Of a stretch of 64,000 bases of DNA, positions 55,701-64,000 are shown piece by piece (position 1 is the first letter of the stretch; each line of letters opens with the position of its first letter). Made by a program: the position numbers and the translations under genes. The notes under the pieces were generated by a model. That model was not told where the DNA came from. It worked only from the letters and a program-made list of their open reading frames with translations, and did not search any database. The stretch comes from Raillietiella orientalis (Eukaryota), in contig JAYWIR010000035.1 of NCBI GenBank assembly GCA_036172245.1, positions 1,240,001 to 1,304,000 of the forward strand, given 5' to 3'.

Positions 55701-57109
55701 CTGGAAGCAGAGCATCAGAGCTCGCATTCGCTCCCATCCAACGGCAATCCGTAGCCGCTCTTCCCTCTTCGGAATCCCGGGAATGATTCCCTCCTGGAAC
55801 GCTTGTGGCTCCCGTTTGCTCGCGCGCGTTCCCTTGAGGGTGTCCCAAGCAGCAAGGACCGTTGGCCATTCGGGGAAAGTCTCAGGGTGCAGAGATGCTC
55901 GCCTTCATCCAGCCAAGCACGGCGTTTCTGCTCGAGACGTTCCACCAGCCACTTGGCTGAGGTGTCCCCTGCTCCGAGGCGGAAACAGGGCGCTCCCTGT
56001 ACGGTGGCGAAAGACACTCGCGACCCTCGGAATGTCGCGCGTGTTCCGTTGGCCAGAGGGACGTTCTCAAATCCGTTGGCTGTTCTCGTGGCTGGTGTCT
56101 CCACCTTCTCCAATGCACTTCTTCTTCGGCACCGTCTCTTCCGACAGAGAGGTTTCCGGTTCCCGGCAACAAGCCGTAGTGCGCGTACAGGAGGGACAGC
56201 GGGAAAGAGGGGACAGACCGTGCCCGCCGCTGCACTTTCTCGGATCAGAGCTGCACCCGAAGCGAGGACGAAGGGCGCGAACTCCCTATCGCAGCGTCGC
56301 GGACCTTCCACTCCCAAAAGGGCGCGGTTTTCCCCCATCCAGGGTTTCCATTCTCCCTCACCACCTCGCCTCTTCGGGAATTCGAGCTTCCTGATGCTGC
56401 TATGGCTGATCCAGTCGCCACCATCCTTCTGCCGGTTCTCTCCCGAGGCACCTGGACTCGGATGCCGGGTCTCTGGGAGGCGCAACCTCGACGCGGAAGC
56501 TCCGCGCTTCCGCCCCTGATCTCCGGACCTGCACCTCCATGCTTCGTGCTGGGCTCCGCAGCCGATGCAGCCGCAGCTTGCTGCTCCTCCCTTGGCGGGC
56601 TCATGCCGCGAGAGGCCTTCATGTTGGATAAAAGGGTCTTTCCGCCGTGTGGGGGAGGGGGATGCTCGTCTTGGGTGCTCCGATGCGTGGTCCAGGCGGC
56701 ACCACCAGATGTTTCCCTTTTACCACACGATGGATGAAACAATGAATTTCCCTAGGCGACTGACTTCCACATTTCTGAGGGTTTGATCTTTGGCTGGATA
56801 CTAGGATCACGGGATCGGTATCTTGAAGACAGGGAGAAGGTGAAGATGTTCAGGACCGGTCAGGCATCTTCCAGCTTCAGACGGAAGGCTCTCATCCTCG
56901 CAGGGAACACGACTGGGGAGGACGCTAAGGGTGAGAAAGGAAGACCAGTAAATAAATAGGAAGTGGATGCGTTGGTCCCTCTACGGTCATGGAATCCGAA
57001 GATCTGCATCGGGAGAGGATGGAGTGAGGAAATGCTTGGAAACTGGAATCGGAAAGAAATGCTTGGCTACTGTTACCGATCGAATCCGCTGGTCCTCGGT
57101 TGCGCCACT

Positions 57110-58440
57110 TCCTAGTTTTCGTCCGTTCTCTTGCACTTAGCACGAGAACGAGAAAAGGCCATCCAGGATGACTACCACAGCCCTTCTTTCATTTTGGGTA
57201 CTGATGCTGCTCTCGGGTAGTTGCAAAAGATGCTCAGCGAGGGGGGAGCTGCTGGACCCGACGAGGTCCACCAGTTGCCCTGGGATGCTCTTCCCACCCC
57301 CTGCAGCCCGGCCCGCTGCAAAAGCACTTCCCGCCATGCTCCTCATTACGCGTATTCCTTGAGGATACTCTCCGGATGCGTTTACGACGTCCCTCGTTGT
57401 GGTGCACCGGCAAGACAGAGGTGAGCTGCTGGAGCAGGTTGAGGAAAGAGCACTTCTATCAGAAAGACCCGGGATTTCGAAAGTTGCCATATGGGGTGGG
57501 GAGGATTTCGAGAATATCCTTCCACTTTTGCAGGCTGCGAGCACTCAATTTGATTCTGTTTTGTTTCCTCACGCAGCTGATGAAGACTCGACCACCACTG
57601 TCAGCGGAAGGAGCGGAATCAATCGGGGGGGGGGGGGGATCCCTAATTTCTTCCTTCGCCGCTGCCTGCTGTCTCGTGGCTCACCATACGCGCTGACCCG
57701 CCTTCAAGCACAAAGGGCTTCTTCGCGGCAGAGGGATTATCCGAGAGTGCAACCAGGCAGCATCTCGAGGAAGGCGACGTTGGCGCGCAAGCTTTGCAGC
57801 AGGATTGCAGATCCTGCGGGCATCCTTGGAGGCGACTCTCGAAACAGCGTGTTCCTGAAACACCGTCTCGCGGAGTTCCGAAAGTCAGCAAGCGGGCGAC
57901 CCCGCAACCAACAATCGGTGACCCAAGTCGGCGACGCTGGGACTCCGTGCCACTTGCACAACACAGAGGCGGGAGGAACAAACAAACATCTTTTCAAGCT
58001 TAACGGTGCGCTTCGTTTCGAAAGCAGCAACCCGGATCGGTCTTCCTTCCTGCCTGAGAGAACAATGACCGTGAGCAATAACAATATCAGATCAATAACA
58101 ATACTCGAAAAAGAAGAAACAGGGAAGAGCGCGTGGACGGCGCTCCGGCGTCCGCCGGTATTCGATGAACGGCGTTTTCCGAACGGGGAAGTTTCTCCAA
58201 AAGACGCGCGGCTACACAAAGAAATGAAGAAAAACGCGGAGGGAAGGATTTTCCACACCCGTTCCTTCGACCTTCGGCGATCTCCGTCGCTGGCGAAGGG
58301 CTGGTCAGAGGAGGGGGTTCAAGAGTGTGGGTGTTCGTCGTTGAGGTGAGGGACTTTGTCAGACGGGTTCACTTCCACGGTTTAAGACTTTCGGCCTCTC
58401 GTTCGGCACCGGAGGTTATCGCTTTCATGTCATGCCTACT
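57110..58440 (+). pseudogene. RAG2L: Candidate RAG2-like gene: kelch-type GG repeats plus a C-terminal PHD-like remnant, convergent with RAG1L
   Basis: The 316 aa ORF 57399-58349 has KVAIWGGED (57480-57506), SGRSG, CLLSRGSPY, AGILGGDS (~57816-57839; cf. RAG2 VYILGGHS), PRNQQSVTQVGD and a further GG, at roughly 50-60 aa intervals. In shifted frames at 58325-58440, WV..GLCQ/RRVHFHGL..SCHA resembles PHD W.C..C.RW.H..C; R and G are single base changes from W and C. The 5' boundary is uncertain. Confidence 0.5.
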
Positions 58441-58449
58441 TGTTCAGCG

Positions 58450-61400
58450 GTGGTTGCCCGAGCGCCTGGGAAGGGCCTCGAGCACGGGGTCTCTCGCCGC
58501 ACGGCAGAGGGGAAGACGAAAGCCACGAAGTTCGAGAATGCGGTTTCTGAAAGAGGAAGGTGGAGGGGAATCGAATGAAGCGCTGTGGAGAAACCCGAGC
58601 ACGGAAGGCACGAAATCATCGATGCGAAAGGCTTTCACGAAATGTGGTCAGTGGTAGTGGATCGTGGGCGTCATGACGCAAAGGAACAACCTCCAGGCGG
58701 AGAGCTCCAGCCCTACAATGGCAGAAAGTCCTGGACCAAGAGCTAACAAGAGAGGAAGGGAAAACAAGGGAAAGGAGAGATTCGTGGTACCAGAGCACAG
58801 AGGGTCAGAAGGTAAGAACTCGAAGACAGAAAGGGAATTCCAAACCTTCCCGTCTTGGAGATCCTTATTTGAAAAAAAAAAAAAAAATGATCTGGAGCAA
58901 CACCCCAAGTAAACGTCTATTTACAAGATTTCGAGAATCTTAGACGTTCCGCAGACGGCGAGATGGAACCGTGGAAGAGCAAGAACATCATGCGTGGGTT
59001 AATAGCAGTTCGGTCTTGCAGCCACTGTTGGGAGGGAAATTTCGTATGAGAGAAATCCAAGATGCAACTGCCACAGGCATCTTCCTCTCTGTGCTGGGAA
59101 TTATTCTTGCACGGGCAGAAGCGGATTGCGTTTCTGCGTGCAATGGATGGAGAGATGGCGGCGAACTCTCCATCATCGCAAAGGGATTTAGCTTCTTCGC
59201 CGAGGGGAGAACGGAAAAAAAGCATGATACGTCCACCCGAGTGGGTCGACAAACAACGCAGTTTTCGGTGCACAGTGGGTGCACCGTCCCGAGCACCGAG
59301 GGCTTGAGACGACACTCTGCTCACTTGAAAAGACAGCGACCTCGGTTCACTGGCTCCTGCCTAATTGTCCGACTGTAGTAACTTTGTTTTTTGGCTATGA
59401 CGCATGAAAGAGAGTGAGTGGCCGCCGTCGGGAGGATGGACGCCTACTGCATCCATGAACGCAGTAGAGAGGGCAAGAACATCATCACACACTTGAGCTA
59501 AGATGCCAGCATGCTTTTCCCATCGCACGAGAAGATTTGGCCGAAAATCCTGGCCGTGAACTCGAAGCAGTGGGTTTGCCACCAGAGCGCGCAAGCAGCT
59601 GATTCTCCGACAGATGAATGGGATGAGGCTCGCATCCACCGCATCGTTAGGTCGTCCATACCGGGATGAACTGGAAAGATCAGCAGGGATCGAGTGGGTT
59701 GGCATAAAGGAGTGTTCCCGAGAACGGGAAGATCATGCTCGCAACCAACCATGTTCGATCGCCAAAAAGCACTGCAGAGCCATCAGCGCATTGAGCTCTG
59801 CATCCGGAATCCAAGCTCAGGGATTGAGGAGCTGAGCTGAGGTGAAGTTCAGTACCCTGAACGCTGCATGAGAATCGTTGATGCTTTTCTGGTAATGACA
59901 GTCGAGGCAGAGGACATGGTATTTAGAAGGATACGCAAATTTCCTTTTCATGCATATAAAGAAGAAACTCTTCTTCTCTGTTTGCAGAACTTGCAAATTC
60001 TTGCAGGCGTCGAGAATTCCGAGAGCATTCCGCCCTGCTGCCGTTACATGTGTCATTGGCAAAGAAGTAAACATGGCTGAGGGAGATGGTGTGAGATTTC
60101 TAGATGAGAAGCTCCAAAGACACGATCCTGTTGTGAGTGGTGGCTTCGTTCTTTTTTTTGTTTTCGCGCGCGCATGTCTGGGTGGTTGGGTGAGTTTCCA
60201 GGCATTCCGAATTTCCAAGGGCCAGCGCCACAGGGAAAAAGGAAGGCAAGGGAGGTAGAGGAACGGGAGGCGAGTCACGTGATTGGCCGATTCCTTCCCG
60301 AGGAGGCTGCGAGCTCACCGCGGGTTTCATTCCGAGAGCAACTGGAAGTTTCCCAACCTGACTGTGGCTACGACATCACGGCATCCCCGGGCGCTTCCGC
60401 CGGGTGAGAGCAGCGACGCCGGTACCTCCGCAGGCCGTTACATCCCATCCCATTCGAAGGATGTGCGCGTCGTCAATCACTGCAGAGCAGAGCTGCGACA
60501 CGCTGGAATATCGTAAAGCACCCCAAGAAAGGAGGCTGGAGGTGGAAAAACATATTCCGAGGAGTAGCAGCAGCACGGAATGATAAATACCCTGCAGTGA
60601 AGTGTTGGATCAAACACTGGATGCTGAAGGACTTTCCTTTCCTTTCACCCGTTGCATTATGATGTCTAGTTTATTTCCCTTCCTTTCGGACTTCAACAAT
60701 AATAAACAGGTGGGAGCATCAGGGAGACCACTGGGATAAAGAGGAATTTACCATAAAAACAATGAAAATTGATGGAACGAAATTACTTGAAACTTTCAAA
60801 ACATAGTAGTATTAACGCGCCATAAATAATGGTGGCTAATTCGAACCCAACTTCGAAAGTGGAGAGGAAAAGAGGATTTTCAGGAAACATAAATAAAAAT
60901 TGGGAACATGAAGCAAAACAAATAATCGGAGAAAGTTTTATTTATTATTCAGGAAAGTCACAGAGCATGTAAGGTAGAAGAAAGTCACATGATGCTGAGA
61001 ACGTGAATCGAGAAAAGATTCCAGGTTCCATTCGGAAATGAGAAAACAGAGAAAGAAAGAAGAAGAAAAAACTGGAATAATTCAACAGACTGCAAAAGAG
61101 ACCTGGACGAAAAAAGGGGGGGGGAAAAACAGCGAATGCCGCTACACTGGACACTCCTCGAGCACTGGAAGGACTCTGTGCAAGGGAAGGCATCCGGTTG
61201 CATGGACAACCCGAGTGCACTCTGGAGGAGGTGGCCAGACAAACACTCTGGAACCATCACCGAAGCGAAACACGAGTGGGTCCACTGAAGAAATCCACGA
61301 AATGGAATCTACATCATCCCCTCTCTCTCTCTCTCCCACACACACACATATACACACAACACACACACACACACACGCAAGAAACGATGGTCGACCGCAG

Positions 61401-62046
61401 GGAAGAGACAAGCAAGTGCTGGAATTCACTAGCCTCTCCGAAAGGCGCGTCTACAGGTCAGCTCAAGTGGCAAATGTTGAAGGCAAGGGTTGACACCTGC
61501 CTCCTGTCTTTGCCGTCCCCAGTCTGACAAACCAAGCTGGCAAAAAGGTCACGCGTGGAGTGTGAGGTCTTGGACACGAGTTTAATGCGAACGAGCAAGA
61601 TGTCCGAAGGCGCACGCGAGCAGCATCGGAGAGAGGGGATTATCCTCAACGTGGGGATTCGAACCTGGAAGCGGGCGCGCATCCACATCTCCCGCCTGGG
61701 AGCGGGCTCGCTCCTTCGCAAAGAGGCAAATTGCAAGCTGGCTGCACGCATCGCAAGCTCCATGGGAAAAGCAACCGAGCCGAGCAGCGAGGTCTCTGAA
61801 GCGGCGCTCCCCACGAATGGTTCCGGGATCAGCAACGGATGGCACGGAAGGATGCTGGATCGACACGGAATCACGAAAAGCTGGAACCACCGGAGTTAGC
61901 TTGAACACAGCTCACAGGAGACCAAGGCGACCCTCAGAATTCGTCCCCGCGGGTCCCCAGGGGTAGTAGGGGCTCTATTCCCTGCTCTTCTTAAAAAGTT
62001 CCTCTGCCCCCGCTGGAACGTGCCTGCCCAACAGCACTGCCGGGTG
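58450..62046 (-). pseudogene. RAG1L: Decayed RAG1-like (RAG1L/Transib superfamily) transposase gene, near full length, frameshifted, interrupted at ~60592-61430
   Basis: Minus-strand motifs in RAG1 order: FSHGACDAC (61770-61744, cf. WHPHTPSCDIC); RING remnant SLVCQTGDGKDRRQVSTLAFNICHLS* (61538-61458, cf. [27 protein letters not shown]); PPASFLGVL (~60545-60515, cf. PVKSFLSVL); GG..LTRR (~60430); LTTGSCL...HVTAAGRNALGILDACKNLQVL (60137-59985, cf. LQPAVCL...[24 protein letters not shown]); GFR/ALMAL (~59810-59774); RPNLL...GGHSLSF (~59545-59406); PSLHPLHAE (~59158-59132, cf. PSIDALHCD); WLQDRTAINPRMM (59024-58986, cf. HLRKRMNLKPIMRM); VWNS..PLC (58845); MTPTIHYH*PH (58674-58642, HxxxxH); SVLG..S..DS. 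Core span ~1.96 kb fits the ~625 aa RAG1 core. Manual comparison only. Confidence 0.7.
61322..61376 (+). repeat. (CT)n(CA)n compound microsatellite inside the RAG1L interruption
   Basis: Directly visible. Confidence 0.95.
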
Positions 62047-62403
62047 ACCTCCGTCTTTCCGATATCACTGCATTTCCCTTCAAAACCACTCCGACCGAGA
62101 GGAAGAAAGGAAGGAAAACTCCCAAGCGTGGCATTTTTTTCATCCTCGGAAGCAGGGTCCAGAGCAGTTTCAGTTCAACTCAACAATTTTACCTCTACGT
62201 GTTTCACATCGGAAACGACTTCTGGTTGCATCGGCGCTCCTCGTTGCAGCCAGGGAGTCTGCCAACGAGGGAAGTCCATCTCGAGCCCCGCGTTGGCAGC
62301 GCCTGTAACGCGGTTGCCATTTACACGAGTCCCGTGTAACCAGGCAAACCCCAGAGACACCGAATTTATTTTGTGTAAATGCTGGAAATAATAAAATTTG
62401 CGC

Positions 62404-62425
62404 GTGTGTGTGTGTGTGTGTGTGT
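62404..62425 (+). repeat. (GT)n microsatellite
   Basis: Directly visible. Confidence 0.95.
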
Positions 62426-63189
62426 TTTTCTTTCTGCGTCCCATAAATTTCTCTTTAGACACCATGAATAACAAGTAAAAAAGTATCATAAAAAAAACTG
62501 CTATCGGTGCTTTTATTCTTCGATTGTTCCGCTGCCCACCATTTTGGTGTAAACCACTGATTATTTCGAAAAAGGTGATACACAAACCCCATGGCATTGA
62601 AACAAAGTCAGGATCAAACAGTCGTGTTTGTATTGCTCAAGTTTCCTTGAGACAAAGATCCACCGGTGCCCGTGTGGTAGACGACGGAATTCACTTTCAA
62701 GAAGAAAAAGTCAGATAAAAGTATCCAATTAGCAAACAGTAAAAGTTCGCAAGCTTTTAAAGGTCTTTTTTTTTCCCGATTTTTTTACTTATTTTTTTTT
62801 TATTTTTTTTATATTTCCTTTGATTTTTTGTCAACGTAGCCCTCGTGGCTACTTGATGGGAACACCGTTGGAAGTGCAAAGATGCGCTTTTCTTTGTCCC
62901 AATGTCGTTTAAACAGAAATGGCCATCAGCATCCGATTACTCCGCGATGTGTTAGGAATTCTGCAAGAAAGATGTGTACGCGTTCATCTTGTGAAGATCG
63001 TAGGTGTTAAACAACGCTTACTGAATCTTTGAGGTGGTCGCATCATGCAGAACATCACTCTGCAGCGTGTTAGAAACGTGTGCGGGCAAGCGCTTTGAAT
63101 TATGCATGAACACCGAAGCTCCCGGACGACACTCATTTAATCGTTAAGGTAAACACACCATCATGAAGTAATTTACTCTTATTTATTAT

Positions 63190-63640
63190 GACCGAGCCAT
63201 GAAGTCGACCTGCGCCCGAGATCCACTTCGGGGATCTGGTCCGACCTCGCGTAGATCCATCCTTAAAGGGATAGCAGAGCGATGGACGTATCCCTGATCC
63301 GGTAAGTGTTCCACAGAGAAAGGAGAGGGAGAGTGGGGAAAAATCGAATGCAGAGGTTATTTACTTTGTTGCCTAAGATAGAAAGGACCCGTAGGAATCC
63401 ATTTCTGGACGACGTGCTTGTCGAAGAAGTGTGCTCTGACTCGGGATACGCGAATTTGAAAAAAGCCGTTCAGGAACAACACAGTTCTTGCACGAGGCAG
63501 ACCTCGTGCAAGAACAGTGTTCAGTGTCAGCTCGGCCGAATCAGCGCTTCTGAAGGTGTCCTTTGGGCACACCCGAGACGGATCAAGTGATTTGCTGTTT
63601 CAGAAACCACAATCATGTCTTCATGACAGCAGGACTGTTT
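63190..63640 (+). mobile_element. Ty3/gypsy pol RNase H-integrase linker remnant
   Basis: GKNRMQRLFTLLP (cf. GK.N..ADALSRLP); EEVCSDSGYANLKKAVQE; ISASEGVLWAHPRRI (cf. LS..DG++..G.RI); CLHDSR (cf. LH.SH). Confidence 0.5.
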
Positions 63641-64000
63641 GTCTTTTCTTTTTTTTTTTTTTTCGAGACGCAGACTTCGAAGGAGTACTGTTTGCAGCTT
63701 AACGAGGCACATTGGAGGCATCGTCAAATAGCATCTGTTTTTATCCTTTAACAAAAATAATAATAACCACAAAAGAAGGAATTTTTATTTTGTTGTTGTT
63801 GTGGTCTGGTGGTGAGCGACTCCACTTCAAGTTGCATCTGCATCTGTTAATCCAATCGAACGGAATCGCCAGTTTTTTTTTTTTTTTCTTTTTCCGTCGG
63901 AGTGTTTACCTTTTAATGCAGTCGGACAATTTCGTACGTTCAAGTTTCCGTTTTTAATTACGGTCGCAGCCTTTGTCGAGTTTGCAACGCGCCTGGCAAC

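Larger units (their letters stand above)
57110..62046. mobile_element. Fossil RAGL/ProtoRAG-type transposon (RAG2L -> <- RAG1L); ends not located
   Basis: Tail-to-tail arrangement of the two features above, with 3' ends meeting near 58440-58450. No paired TIR or TSD identified. Confidence 0.5.

Noticed and set aside
1..64000. CRISPR arrays, operons, nuclear rRNA/tRNA genes
   Set aside because: No regularly spaced repeats or recognisable structural RNA seen other than the NUMT tRNA; a by-eye search could miss small RNAs and micro-exons.

Overview
Eukaryotic, not prokaryotic, DNA: homopolymer runs, microsatellites, no operons. A nuclear mitochondrial insert (NUMT) with cox1-trnL(UAA)-cox2 order points to a pancrustacean arthropod host. 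I found no intact host gene; the window is mostly heavily decayed fossils (non-LTR RT, Helitron, pogo/Tigger, hAT, Ty3/gypsy, a possible Bub3 retrocopy) plus a ~25 kb GC/CpG-rich domain whose long ORFs look compositional. The main observation is at ~57.1-62.05 kb. On the minus strand lies a frameshifted fossil with about 15 motifs colinear with RAG1, from the N-terminal Zn region and RING through the catalytic core. It sits tail-to-tail with a plus-strand kelch-like ORF ending in a PHD-like remnant, which is the ProtoRAG/RAGL transposon layout. All homologies were judged by eye against remembered family motifs and need HMM/tBLASTn confirmation. Paired terminal inverted repeats and a target-site duplication were not found.
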